32,000 bases of DNA from Clostridia bacterium (lineage in GTDB: Bacteria > Bacillota > Clostridia > Oscillospirales > RGIG8002): positions 10,971 to 42,970 of the forward strand of contig JAFRVI010000054.1 of NCBI GenBank assembly GCA_017438525.1, given 5' to 3'. The translations under genes were made by a program, and so were the position numbers. Shown here piece by piece: positions 19,124 through 29,634 of the stretch. Each line of letters begins with the position of its first letter. Position 1 is the stretch's first letter. A model generated the notes under the pieces. It was not told the origin of the DNA. It searched no databases and saw nothing but the letters and a program-made list of their open reading frames with translations.

Positions 19124-19267
19124 TCAGCAGTACAGCGAGAACAGGCCGCACAGAAAAAGCAGGCACGCCATCACTATCACCGTGACCGCGGAGGGCAGCA
19201 AGGTCAGAAAAATAACGCAAAGCCCCATTCCGAGCGCGATATACCCGATGACGTTTTTAGGGCCCAT
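19124..19267 (-). CDS. Hypothetical 47-aa two-TM membrane peptide
   Basis: Not in the ORF track. ATG 19267 is preceded by a GGAGG SD with a 9-nt spacer. The product is MGPKNVIGYIALGMGLCVIFLTLLPSAVTVIVMACLLFLCGLFSLYC, with TGA at 19126-19124. A TATAAT box lies at 19299-19294 on the - strand. No family recognised. Confidence 0.4.
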   Translation of the reverse strand: MGPKNVIGYIALGMGLCVIFLTLLPSAVTVIVMACLLFLCGLFSLYC

Positions 19268-19350
19268 AGCCGTCGACCTCCGTTCGATATTACATTATAC
19301 GGGGAAGCGGCGGAAATGTTCCGGAATGTTGCCCGAAAAAACCGATTTTG

Positions 19351-19382
19351 CAAAAAAAGAAGACGCCGCGCGGGCGTCTTCT
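19351..19382 (-). terminator. Rho-independent terminator after gltX
   Basis: The - strand reads AGAAGACGCC CGCGC GGCGTCTTCT followed by TTTTTTTG, about 17 nt after the gltX stop. Confidence 0.8.
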
Positions 19383-19398
19383 CGCTTTACCGGTTTAT

Positions 19399-21051
19399 TC
19401 AGAGGCACTCTTTGACGCGCCCGACGGCTCTTTCTTCGCCGAGCAGCTGCATGATGCTCCAGAGGTCGGGGGTGTTGCGGTGGCCGGTAACGGCTACGCG
19501 GAGCACCTCCGCGACGTCGCTGACGCTGCCGGGGAAGGCGTCGGGGTTCTCCTTATACGCTCTCATGTCGGTGGCGAAGCCCATCGACGCGGCGATCTCC
19601 TTTACCTTCGCGAACCACGCCTGCCCGTCGTCCGAATGGTCGTAAGTGGCGAGGAACGCGGTGAGTATCTTCTTGCAGGTCTCCTTATCGAGCGGGAAGT
19701 CGCGCTCCGGCTTGAAGGTCTCGTCGAAGTAGCAGGAGACGACTTCCTTCGCCTGGCTCGCGCAGATGAAGTCCTTGCGGCGCTTCTTGCCCGCGCCCAT
19801 GCAGAGATCGAGCACGCCGAGGGCGTAAGCTTTATCCGCGAGCAGTTTCGCGAAGTCGGGGTCGTAGTTGTTCGCCCATTCGAGCAGGAAGGAGTAGAAC
19901 TCCTCGCCCGTCAGTTTGGAAATGACCGTCTTGCTGACGTCGTCGAGTTTGGCGATATCGAAAAGCGCGCCGGACTGTCCCATCTTGCCGATGGAGAACT
20001 TGAAGTCTTCAAGCGGCGCGTCTGGGTTTTTCAGCATCCACTCCTCGAAGTTTGAGTTAAGAAGAGTCATAAGATACGTCTTGACGGCGAGCGGGTGATA
20101 GCCGAGCTTGCGGTAGTATTCGAGCGCGAGCTCGGGATCCTTGCGCTTCGAAAGCTTGCGCTTCGTGCCGCCGTCGAGCTTCATCAGCTGCGCGTGGTGG
20201 CCGTATTTCGGCGGTTTGAAGCCGAGCATACGGAAAAGCTCGAGGTGGATCGGCAGGGAGGAGAGCCACTCTTCGCCGCGCAGCACGAGCGTGGTGTGCA
20301 TAAGGTGGTCGTCGATGACGTGCGCGAAGTGGTAGGTCGGGATGCCGTCGGATTTGAGTATGACTTCGTCGCGGTTGTTGGCGGTGACACTGATCTCGCC
20401 CTTGATGCTGTCGCGGAAGGAGAACTTCTGCGTTCCGTCGCCTGCGGATCTCATTCTGATGACGTAGGGGAGCCCGGCGTCGAGCTTTTCGCGGATCTCC
20501 TTATATGAGAGGTCGCGGCAGCGCGCCCATTCGCCGTAGTAGCCGGGAGTGAGCATCTTTTCGCGCTGCCGGTCGCGGATTTCGTCGAGGTCTTCGGCGG
20601 TGCAGAAGCAGGGATATGCGATGCCTTCCTCGACCATCCACTTGACGAAGGACTTATATACGATTTCGCGCTGACGCTGATAAAACGGGCCGTATGTCTT
20701 GTCGCCATTCATTTCGGCGCCCTCGTCGAAAGTTATGCCGAAATAGCCGAGCGTCGTGATGACGGCTTCGACCGCGCCTTCCACCTTGCGTTTCAGGTCG
20801 GTATCCTCAATGCGCAGGAAAAACACGCCGTTGCTCTGGCGCGCGATACGCTCGTCCGCGAGCGCGGAGAAAAGGTTGCCGAGGTGAATGAAACCGGTAG
20901 GGCTCGGCGCGATACGCGTTACCTGGGCGCCTTCGGGAAGGTCGCGCTCGGGGTAGTAATTGGCGTAATACTCCGGAGTGGTGAGCACGTCGGGAAAGAG
21001 CTCGTCAGCAAGCATTTTGCTTTCAATATGCTCCAATGGCTTCGTATACAT
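19399..21051 (-). CDS. gltX: Glutamate--tRNA ligase (long form)
   Basis: 550 aa. Class I signature RIAPSPTGFIHLGN (HIGH-type), KLSKRK (KMSKS-type) and bacterial GluRS-like catalytic core (FLRIEDTDLKRK). AAGGGAGA SD. Starts 16 nt after the metG-like stop. Confidence 0.88.
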   Translation of the reverse strand: MYTKPLEHIESKMLADELFPDVLTTPEYYANYYPERDLPEGAQVTRIAPSPTGFIHLGNLFSALADERIARQSNGVFFLRIEDTDLKRKVEGAVEAVITTLGYFGITFDEGAEMNGDKTYGPFYQRQREIVYKSFVKWMVEEGIAYPCFCTAEDLDEIRDRQREKMLTPGYYGEWARCRDLSYKEIREKLDAGLPYVIRMRSAGDGTQKFSFRDSIKGEISVTANNRDEVILKSDGIPTYHFAHVIDDHLMHTTLVLRGEEWLSSLPIHLELFRMLGFKPPKYGHHAQLMKLDGGTKRKLSKRKDPELALEYYRKLGYHPLAVKTYLMTLLNSNFEEWMLKNPDAPLEDFKFSIGKMGQSGALFDIAKLDDVSKTVISKLTGEEFYSFLLEWANNYDPDFAKLLADKAYALGVLDLCMGAGKKRRKDFICASQAKEVVSCYFDETFKPERDFPLDKETCKKILTAFLATYDHSDDGQAWFAKVKEIAASMGFATDMRAYKENPDAFPGSVSDVAEVLRVAVTGHRNTPDLWSIMQLLGEERAVGRVKECL

Positions 21052-21067
21052 ATTTTGTCTCCCTTCG

Positions 21068-23062
21068 TTATTTCACTTCAAATTGGCTCGGGTGCTTCGC
21101 GAAGAAGTCGAAGCGCGGCTCGAGTTCGGCGAGCTTGTGACTTTCCTTGTTATCGCAGAAATAGTAGACGTTCTCGAAGATGTGCTCCCAGCTGAAGAAG
21201 TCCTCGCCGAAGCCGAGAAGTTTGACGAGCAGCTCCGTGCCGGCGGGCGCGACGGGGTGGACGAGCACGGCGCAGACGCGCAGCATATGGAACGCGTTGA
21301 CGAGCATCCTGCTGCGCAGTTCGGCGTCGTCGTTTCTGTCGGCGTCGCCCATGTTTTTCGCCCAGTACTTGTTGCAGTCGCGGATGTACTTGTCGAGTAT
21401 CGCCATGACAGTGTGCAGCTCGCACTTATACATCGCCTCCTCGTATTCGAGGATGACGCCGTTCGCTTCTTCGACTACGTCCGCGTCCGGCTCGCCGTAA
21501 GGCATAACGCCGCCGTAATACTTCTGCGTCGTGTAGAAGCAGGAGCGGCAGAGGCGGTTGAGGACGTTTGTCAGCAGGTTGCCTTCCTTGAGCGCGGGAT
21601 CGCTGTCGGTCGGGTTTGCTTTGGGGTTGTACGGCTTCGGCTGGAAGCTGACACTGCGCAGTCCGAGCCCGAGCGCGAGGAAGTGGGCGCGGAGCTGTTC
21701 GGCGGTGTAGTGGCCGAGGAGCTCGGCGGCCATCGGCGGCTTCACCTTGCCGCTGCTGCTGGCCTTTTTATCGAGGAAGAGTATGTGATAGTTGGCGACG
21801 AGCGTCGGGAGCGTGAGCTGCCCCTCGGCGGGCTCGGTGGTGAGATTTTCCTTGCCCTGCTGCGCCATGAACATCGCCATTTCGGCGATGCCGTAGAAGT
21901 AGATGTTGTCCTGCCCGATGAACTGAAAGACCTCGCAGTCCTTTGAAAGCCACCATTTCTTCCATTCGTCGTCAGGCGCGCCCTTCGACTTCAGATACGT
22001 TTTCGTGAAGGAGATAGGCGCCCAGAGGGATTCCGGCCATACCCAGACGGTCAGCCCGCTTTCGCCTTCGAGCGAGGGCGCCGGAACGCCCCATTCGATG
22101 TTGCCGGTCAGGCGGAAGGGAACGAGCGTTTTGCCGGTGCGGAAGCGTATTCCGTTCTCGGTCAGTATCTCGCAGGCGCGGTCGCGCACCGTCAGTTCGT
22201 CGAATTCAAGCACGAAGGAGGTCTTGCCTTCTTCGGAGCGCATCACGTGTTTCGGCAGGGAGGCCTTCAGCGCGTCGTAGTCGGGGAGGTTCTCGTTCTT
22301 TACGTATATGACGGGAGGGATCAGGAATTCGTTGATAGTGTCGGAAACTATGCGGCGGACGTTGCCTTTGTCCTTCAGCTCTTCGGTGTATTTCCGCATC
22401 AGCTCGCGGAAGTCGGTCAGCGAGAAGTACCAGTTCGTGACGTCGCGCATCTCGGGCGTTTCGCCGGTCAGCGTGCTTTTCGGCGCGATGAGGTTTTCCG
22501 GCATATACTGGTGGCCGAGGTCGCACTCGTCGGCGTAGCCCTTTTCGGAGGCGCAGCCCTGAACGGGGCAGCGTCCCACTACCTGTCTGCCGTTGAGGAA
22601 AACGCCGAGCTTCGCGTCGTAGAACTGCGACGTGACGAGCTTTTTCAGCCAGCCGTTTTCATAGAGGTTGCGTATGAAGCGGTCGGAGACCTCGCGGTGG
22701 ATATCGCGGCTTTCGCCGAGTCCGGAAGCGGCGAAGAGGTTGAGCGATATCTCGTAATCCTCCAGCGTCTTCTTCTGGCTCTCGTGGTTGCGGGCGACAA
22801 AGTCTTCTATCGTGCCGCTGAACTCTCCGTCCTCGCAGAGCTTGCGGTAGCCCTCGGCGATGGGGGAGCCGTAGCAGTCGGTGCCGGAAACGAAGATGAC
22901 GTTATCCTTGCCTATTCTGTCGCGCAGGAAGCGCGCGTAGGCGTCGGCGGGCACAAATACTCCGCCGATGTGGCCGAAATGCAGACTCTTGTTTCCGTAG
23001 GGCATTCCCGCGGTAATGACGGCGCGCTTCGGGAAGTGCGGCCGCTTGATGCTTCCTTCCAT
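21068..23062 (-). CDS. metG: Methionine--tRNA ligase-like class I aminoacyl-tRNA ligase (divergent)
   Basis: 664 aa. The N-terminus ITAGMPYGNKSLHFGHIGGVFVPADAYARFLR...SGTDCYGSPI aligns with E. coli-type MetRS (VTCALPYANGSIHLGH...ADDAHGTPI). It has a knuckle-like CPVQGC...DECDLGH, IEWGVPAP, FIGQDNIYFY and NKYWAK in the anticodon domain. The KMSKS position reads KASSS. Confidence 0.7.
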   Translation of the reverse strand: MEGSIKRPHFPKRAVITAGMPYGNKSLHFGHIGGVFVPADAYARFLRDRIGKDNVIFVSGTDCYGSPIAEGYRKLCEDGEFSGTIEDFVARNHESQKKTLEDYEISLNLFAASGLGESRDIHREVSDRFIRNLYENGWLKKLVTSQFYDAKLGVFLNGRQVVGRCPVQGCASEKGYADECDLGHQYMPENLIAPKSTLTGETPEMRDVTNWYFSLTDFRELMRKYTEELKDKGNVRRIVSDTINEFLIPPVIYVKNENLPDYDALKASLPKHVMRSEEGKTSFVLEFDELTVRDRACEILTENGIRFRTGKTLVPFRLTGNIEWGVPAPSLEGESGLTVWVWPESLWAPISFTKTYLKSKGAPDDEWKKWWLSKDCEVFQFIGQDNIYFYGIAEMAMFMAQQGKENLTTEPAEGQLTLPTLVANYHILFLDKKASSSGKVKPPMAAELLGHYTAEQLRAHFLALGLGLRSVSFQPKPYNPKANPTDSDPALKEGNLLTNVLNRLCRSCFYTTQKYYGGVMPYGEPDADVVEEANGVILEYEEAMYKCELHTVMAILDKYIRDCNKYWAKNMGDADRNDDAELRSRMLVNAFHMLRVCAVLVHPVAPAGTELLVKLLGFGEDFFSWEHIFENVYYFCDNKESHKLAELEPRFDFFAKHPSQFEVK

Positions 23063-23095
23063 AATAACCTCCGATGGATGTGCATGTATAAGAAT

Positions 23096-23123
23096 ATTAT
23101 ACCGATTTCGCGCCGTTTTGCAA
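23096..23123 (-). promoter_or_regulatory. Sigma-A-type promoter of the metG-like/gltX operon
   Basis: The - strand reads TTGCAA (23123-23118), 16-nt spacer, TATAAT (23101-23096). That leaves a leader of only about 30 nt before ATG 23062 (GGAGG SD). Confidence 0.55.
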
Positions 23124-23176
23124 GAGCAAAATGCGCATCAAATCAAAAAAGAGAGGTGAAAAATGGGGGTTTGGTA

Positions 23177-23204
23177 TTGACATATTCTTCTACTTTGATA
23201 TAAT
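23177..23204 (+). promoter_or_regulatory. Sigma-A-type promoter of tig (-clpP-clpX)
   Basis: TTGACA (23177-23182), 16-nt spacer ending in TG, TATAAT (23199-23204), about 85 nt upstream of ATG 23291 (GGAGG SD). Confidence 0.6.
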
Positions 23205-23290
23205 ATAATGGTTTTTATAGTGAGCGAGTATGCGTTTGCGTACCGCTTTCGGGACGTCAACTATTATTAAAATAATATCCGGAGGAAAAC

Positions 23291-24691
23291 ATGGGACTAA
23301 AAAACAAGAAAGAAATCGAAAAGAACGTCGTCGAGCTCGAGATCGTCGTAACTCCCGATGAGTTCAAGGACGCGACCGACGTCGCTTACAAAAAGATCGT
23401 CAAGGAAGTCAAGGTCGACGGCTTCCGCCAGGGCAAGGCCCCGAAGGGCATGATCGAGAAGAAGTACGGCAAAGAGATCTTCTACGAAGAGGCCGTTAAT
23501 TTCATATTCCCGTATTCCTACGACGCCGCCGTCAAGGAAGCGGGCATAACCCCGGTTTCGCAGCCCGACGTCGAGATCGTCGGTGACGTTACCGACGACG
23601 GCTTCACCTTCAAGGCGAAGGTCACCGTCAAGCCGGAGATCTCGCTGAAGGCGTACAAGGGACTGAAGGCGACCAAAAAGAAGGTCACCGTCACCGCCAA
23701 AGAGGTCGATGAAGAGCTTGAGGTGCGCCGCGAGAAGGTCGGCAGACAGGTCGCCGTCGACGGTCCTGTCGAGAACAAGGACACCGCGGTCATCAACTTC
23801 GAGGGCTTCGTGGACGGAGTCGCGTTCCCCGGCGGCAAGGGCGAGGACTATCCCCTCGTTATCGGCAGCGGCAGCTTCATTCCGGGCTTCGAGGAGCAGC
23901 TCATCGGCGTCGAGAAGGGCGGCGAAAAGGACGTTGTCGTGACCTTCCCGAAGGAGTATCACGAGGAATCCCTCGCCGGCAAGGAAGCTGTCTTCAAGTG
24001 CAAGGTGCTTGACATAAAGCGCACCGAGCTGCCCGCGCTCGACGACGAGCTCGCCAAGGACATCAGCGAGTTCGACACGCTCGAGGAGCTGAAGGCCGAC
24101 ATCAAGGAACACATCAAGGAGCACAAGAACGAGCACGCCGAGGCCGATTTCGAGGAAGAGCTCATGAATAAGCTTTCCGACAACATAATCGGCGATATTC
24201 CGGAGATAATGTACGAGAACGAGGTCGACTATATGGTCGAGAACTTCGAAGACCGCCTCAAGACGCAGGGCATCGACCTCGACAGCTACATCAAGTACAC
24301 CGCCACTTCGCTCGAAACCCTCCGCGAGAACTTCGCCCCGCAGGCGAAGCAGCAGGTACGCATCCGCCTCGCGCTCGAAACCGTCGCGAAGGAGGAGGGC
24401 CTGACCGCCTCCGAGGACGAGCTCGAAGCCGAGTATAAGTCCATCGCGGATTCCTACAAGATGCCCGTCGACAGGATCAAGGCGATAATCCCCTCTGACG
24501 GACTCGAAAAGGACATCGTCGTCAGAAAGGCGATCGACTTCGTGAAGTCCGCCGCCGTCGCCGGCGCGGACAAAGCCGAAGAGAAGCCCGCCAAAGCGGA
24601 AAAAGCTCCCGCGAAGAAGCCCGCGGCAGAGAAGAAGCCCGCCGCGAAAAAGGCGCCCGCGAAGAAGCCCGCCGCCAAGAAGGGCGAATAA
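23291..24691 (+). CDS. tig: Trigger factor (PPIase chaperone) with Lys/Ala/Pro-rich C-terminal tail
   Basis: 466 aa. N-terminal ribosome-binding region with GFRQGKAP (the GFRxGxxP signature), an FKBP-type middle domain ([15 protein letters not shown]) and a C-terminal arm domain, plus an extra 41-aa AKP tail. Confidence 0.95.
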   Translation: MGLKNKKEIEKNVVELEIVVTPDEFKDATDVAYKKIVKEVKVDGFRQGKAPKGMIEKKYGKEIFYEEAVNFIFPYSYDAAVKEAGITPVSQPDVEIVGDVTDDGFTFKAKVTVKPEISLKAYKGLKATKKKVTVTAKEVDEELEVRREKVGRQVAVDGPVENKDTAVINFEGFVDGVAFPGGKGEDYPLVIGSGSFIPGFEEQLIGVEKGGEKDVVVTFPKEYHEESLAGKEAVFKCKVLDIKRTELPALDDELAKDISEFDTLEELKADIKEHIKEHKNEHAEADFEEELMNKLSDNIIGDIPEIMYENEVDYMVENFEDRLKTQGIDLDSYIKYTATSLETLRENFAPQAKQQVRIRLALETVAKEEGLTASEDELEAEYKSIADSYKMPVDRIKAIIPSDGLEKDIVVRKAIDFVKSAAVAGADKAEEKPAKAEKAPAKKPAAEKKPAAKKAPAKKPAAKKGE

Positions 24692-24732
24692 TCAGGCGCG
24701 CAGACGCGCTGTTACAGAAAGGAAGAATGAGA

Positions 24733-25314
24733 ATGAGTTTGGTACCGATGGTAGTGGAGCAGACCAACCGCGGAGAAAGGTCTTATGACATATTCTCACG
24801 CCTGCTCAACGACAGAATAATTATCCTCTCCGACGAAGTCAACGACGTTACCGCGAGTCTCGTCGTTGCGCAGCTTTTGTATCTTGAGGGCCAGGATCCC
24901 GATAAGGACATCAGTCTTTACATCAACAGCCCCGGCGGCTCCATCAGCTCCGGAATGGCTATCTACGACACCATGCAGTATATCAAGCCCGACGTCGCGA
25001 CCATCTGCGTAGGCATGGCCGCGAGCATGGGCGCGTTCCTTCTCGCCGCCGGCGCGAAGGGCAAGAGATTCGCGCTTCCGAACTCCGAGATAATGATCCA
25101 TCAGCCCCTCGGCGGAGCGCAGGGGCAGGCGACGGACATCAAGATCCACGCCGACCACATCATCCGCATCCGCGAAAAGATGAACAAGATGCTCGCCGAA
25201 ATGACCGGCCAGCCGCTTGAAACCATCACCGCGGACACGGAACGCGACAACTTTATGACCGCCGAGCAGGCCCGCGAATACGGCCTTATCGACAAGGTCA
25301 TGGACAAGAGATAA
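24733..25314 (+). CDS. clpP: ATP-dependent Clp protease proteolytic subunit
   Basis: Track ORF starts at 24727. ATG 24733 is better spaced from the AAGGAAG SD (7 nt). Contains [11 protein letters not shown], catalytic Ser context [11 protein letters not shown] and His context IMIHQPLGG. Confidence 0.95.
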   Translation: MSLVPMVVEQTNRGERSYDIFSRLLNDRIIILSDEVNDVTASLVVAQLLYLEGQDPDKDISLYINSPGGSISSGMAIYDTMQYIKPDVATICVGMAASMGAFLLAAGAKGKRFALPNSEIMIHQPLGGAQGQATDIKIHADHIIRIREKMNKMLAEMTGQPLETITADTERDNFMTAEQAREYGLIDKVMDKR

Positions 25315-25340
25315 GCCGGTAACGGCGGAACGGAGACGAA

Positions 25341-26651
<1,311 letters not shown>

Positions 26652-26665
26652 GCGGAATAAATAAC

Positions 26666-26701
26666 GCGGGGCAAGCTGATACTTGCCCCGCGCCTGTTTT
26701 T
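26666..26701 (+). terminator. Rho-independent terminator or attenuator after clpX
   Basis: GCGGGGCAAG CTGATA CTTGCCCCGC followed by GCCTGTTTTT, ending 12 nt before the lon ATG. Confidence 0.7.
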
Positions 26702-26712
26702 ACGGTGAAACT

Positions 26713-29052
26713 ATGAACGAAAACAACGAACCGAGAATAATACGCGATATACCGATGATCGCGCTTCGCGGAATGGTAATGTTCCCGAAGACGGTCATGC
26801 ACTTCGACGTCGCGCGCGACGTTTCGCTCGCGGCGCTGAACTACGCGATGGAGCACGACTGCGATATCTTTCTCGTCGCGCAGCGCGACATAACCGTAGA
26901 CGCGCCGAACGAGAAGCAGCTCTACGCCGTCGGGTGCATCGCGCGCATAAAGCAGATACTGAAAAACCCCGAGGGCGGCATCCGCGCCGTTGCCGCGGGC
27001 TTTTCGCGCGCCGAACTGTGCGGCATAACCGTGCGTAAGCCGTTCCTCCGCGCCGACGTCGCGCTTTGCGAAACGAAGCCTGTCAGGAGCAGCGCGGTCC
27101 GCGTCGAAGCGCTCCGCCGCAGCGCGATGGAGCTGTTTGAGGAATACTCCGAGCTCGTGCCGCGCATGGCGCCCGACCTTTATATGAACGCGGTCGCGAC
27201 GACCGACGTCGGTGAACTTGCCGACTTTTTCGGCGAATATCTCTACTTCAAATACGAGGACCGTCAGACCATACTCGACGAGCTCGATCCCGTCAAGCGT
27301 ATAAAGCGCGTCGTGGCGATATTCGAGAAGGAGATAGACATCCTCGAGCTCGAGAACGACATACACTTCCGCGTCAAAGAGCAGATCGACAAAAACAACC
27401 GCGAATACTACATACGCGAGCAGATCCGCGTGCTGAACTCCGAGCTTGACGAGGATGAAGACCTCGACGAGTGCGACGCCTACGAGGACAAGATCAAGGC
27501 GCTGAAGCTCTCGGCCGAGAACGAGGAGCACCTGATGAAAGAAGTCGACCGCCTGCGCAAAATGCCCGTCGGCTCGCACGAAGGCACTGTCGTGCGCACC
27601 TACCTCGACACCGTCATCGACCTGCCGTGGAACACCTTCACAAAGGAGAAAAACGACCTCGCCGCCGCGAAGAAGCAGCTTGACAAAGACCACTGGGGCC
27701 TCGACAAGATCAAAGAGCGTATCCTTGAGTTCCTCGCCGTCAAGCAGCTCGCGCCGGACATAAAAGGGCAGACCATATGCCTCGTCGGACCTCCCGGCGT
27801 AGGCAAGACCTCGCTGGCGAAGTCCATCGCCAAAACGCTTAACCGCAAATACGCGCGCATTTCGCTCGGCGGCGTGCGCGACGACGCGGATATCCGCGGC
27901 CACCGCAAGACCTACATCGGTTCTATGCCCGGCCGCATCATGAACGCCGTCAAGCTCGCCGGAAGCAGCAACGCGCTGATCCTTCTCGACGAGGTCGACA
28001 AGCTCTGCAGCGACTTCCGCGGAGACCCCGCCGCCGCGCTGCTCGAGGTGCTCGACGCGGAGCAGAACAACGCCTACCGCGACCACTATATAGAGCTGCC
28101 GTTCGACCTGAGCAACGTAATGTTCATCACCACGGCGAACACGACCGACAGCATTCCCGCGCCGCTGCTCGACCGAATGGAGCTCATCGAGCTCGACAGC
28201 TACACCCGTGAGGAAAAGCTGAATATCGCGAAAAAACACCTGCTCCCGAAGCAGATGAAACGCCACGGACTCAGCCGTTCCGTCTTCTCGGTGACCGACG
28301 GCGCGATACTTGAGATTATCGACTTCTACACCCGCGAAGCCGGCGTCCGCGAGGTCGAGCGCGAGCTTGCCGCCGTCTGCCGCAAGGCCGCGAAAGAGTA
28401 CCTTGAGAACGGCAAGCGCATTAAGGTCGACGAAAAAGCCGTCGGCCGCTACCTCGGCGTGCGCAAGTTCCGCGAGAGCGACTTCGCCTCCGAAGGCGCG
28501 GTCGGTACGGTCAACGGCCTTGCGTGGACATCCGTCGGCGGCGTGCTGCTTCCCGTCGAAGTCAGCGCGCTCGACGGCAGCGGCAAGCTTGAGCTGACCG
28601 GTCAGCTCGGCGACGTGATGAAGGAATCCGCGCGCACTGCGGTCAGCTTCATCCGCTCCCGCTGCGACGCGCTCGGCATAGACAAGGATTTCTACAAGAC
28701 GAAGGATATACACATCCACGCTCCCGAGGGCGCGGTGCCGAAGGACGGCCCCTCCGCCGGAATAACAATCGCGCTTGCGCTCGCGAGCGCGCTTTCCGGC
28801 CGCAAGGTCGCCGGCGGTATCGCGATGACGGGGGAGATAACCCTGCGCGGCAGGGTGCTGCAGATTGGCGGGCTGAAGGAGAAGTCGATGGCGGCGTACC
28901 GCCACGGCATAAAGCGCGTTATAATCCCGAAGGAAAACCTGCCCGACCTCGAGGATATCTCAAAAACGGTCAGGGAAGCGACCGAGTTCATCCCCGTGTC
29001 GCATATGGACGAGGTGCTCGCGCTCGCGCTTGAAAAGGACGTGGGCGAATGA
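26713..29052 (+). CDS. lon: ATP-dependent Lon protease (LonA type)
   Basis: Preferred start is ATG 26713 (MNENNEPRIIRDIPMIALRGMVMFP). The track start 26683 would sit inside the clpX terminator hairpin. Has a LON N-domain, Walker A GPPGVGKTS and proteolytic Ser context PKDGPSAGIT. Confidence 0.95.
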   Translation: MNENNEPRIIRDIPMIALRGMVMFPKTVMHFDVARDVSLAALNYAMEHDCDIFLVAQRDITVDAPNEKQLYAVGCIARIKQILKNPEGGIRAVAAGFSRAELCGITVRKPFLRADVALCETKPVRSSAVRVEALRRSAMELFEEYSELVPRMAPDLYMNAVATTDVGELADFFGEYLYFKYEDRQTILDELDPVKRIKRVVAIFEKEIDILELENDIHFRVKEQIDKNNREYYIREQIRVLNSELDEDEDLDECDAYEDKIKALKLSAENEEHLMKEVDRLRKMPVGSHEGTVVRTYLDTVIDLPWNTFTKEKNDLAAAKKQLDKDHWGLDKIKERILEFLAVKQLAPDIKGQTICLVGPPGVGKTSLAKSIAKTLNRKYARISLGGVRDDADIRGHRKTYIGSMPGRIMNAVKLAGSSNALILLDEVDKLCSDFRGDPAAALLEVLDAEQNNAYRDHYIELPFDLSNVMFITTANTTDSIPAPLLDRMELIELDSYTREEKLNIAKKHLLPKQMKRHGLSRSVFSVTDGAILEIIDFYTREAGVREVERELAAVCRKAAKEYLENGKRIKVDEKAVGRYLGVRKFRESDFASEGAVGTVNGLAWTSVGGVLLPVEVSALDGSGKLELTGQLGDVMKESARTAVSFIRSRCDALGIDKDFYKTKDIHIHAPEGAVPKDGPSAGITIALALASALSGRKVAGGIAMTGEITLRGRVLQIGGLKEKSMAAYRHGIKRVIIPKENLPDLEDISKTVREATEFIPVSHMDEVLALALEKDVGE

Positions 29053-29633
29053 TAAAGTGGCAGAACGCAAGCTTCGAGACATCCTGCGGCGCGCCTTCTC
29101 AGCTGTTCGCGTCCGACCTGCCGGAAATCGCGTTCTCCGGCAAATCGAACGTCGGCAAGTCATCGCTCATCAACAAGCTTCTTGGCAGGAAATCGCTGGC
29201 AAAAACCGGCTCCGAGCCGGGCAAAACGCGCACCGTCAACTTCTTCAATATAGACGGGCAGCTCCGCTTCGTCGACCTGCCGGGCTACGGCTACGCGAAG
29301 GTCTCCAAAGAGATAAAGGAAAAATGGATGAAGCTGATGGACGCCTTCTGGCAGAGCGAACGCGACCTGCGGCTCGTGCTTCAGCTCATCGACCTGCGCA
29401 ACGGGCCGAGCGCGGACGACCTCATGATGCTCGACTTTCTCAACTATTACGGCTACGATTACGTCGTCGCGGCGACGAAGGCCGACAAGCTCTCCAAGCG
29501 CCAGCGCGCCGAGAACATAGAAAAACTGCAGTCGATAAAACAGCTCTCCGGTGTGAAGATCGTTGAATTCTCAACCTTTGAAGACGCGGGGAAGAACGAA
29601 CTGATCGCAATGATCGAAGAAAAGGTGAAGTAA
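29049..29633 (+). CDS. engB: Ribosome biogenesis GTP-binding protein YsxC/EngB
   Basis: 194 aa. G1 GKSNVGKSSLIN, G3 DLPGYG, G4 TKADK. ATGA overlap with the lon stop. The lon-ysxC order matches B. subtilis. Confidence 0.93.
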   Translation: MIKWQNASFETSCGAPSQLFASDLPEIAFSGKSNVGKSSLINKLLGRKSLAKTGSEPGKTRTVNFFNIDGQLRFVDLPGYGYAKVSKEIKEKWMKLMDAFWQSERDLRLVLQLIDLRNGPSADDLMMLDFLNYYGYDYVVAATKADKLSKRQRAENIEKLQSIKQLSGVKIVEFSTFEDAGKNELIAMIEEKVK

Positions 29634-29634
29634 A

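Noticed and set aside
23063-23290. Possible T-box leader for the metG-like gene, or CtsR/CIRCE operators for tig-clpP
   Set aside because: A good minus-strand promoter leaves only about a 30-nt leader. I saw no GGTCAAA direct repeat (CtsR) and no TTAGCACTC-N9-GAGTGCTAA (CIRCE) by eye. A covariance or motif scan would be needed to be certain.
24590-24691. Short tandem AAGAAGCCCGCC-like repeats (possible repeat array)
   Set aside because: The repeats are in frame inside tig and encode the AKP tail. There are no spacers and no CRISPR-like architecture.
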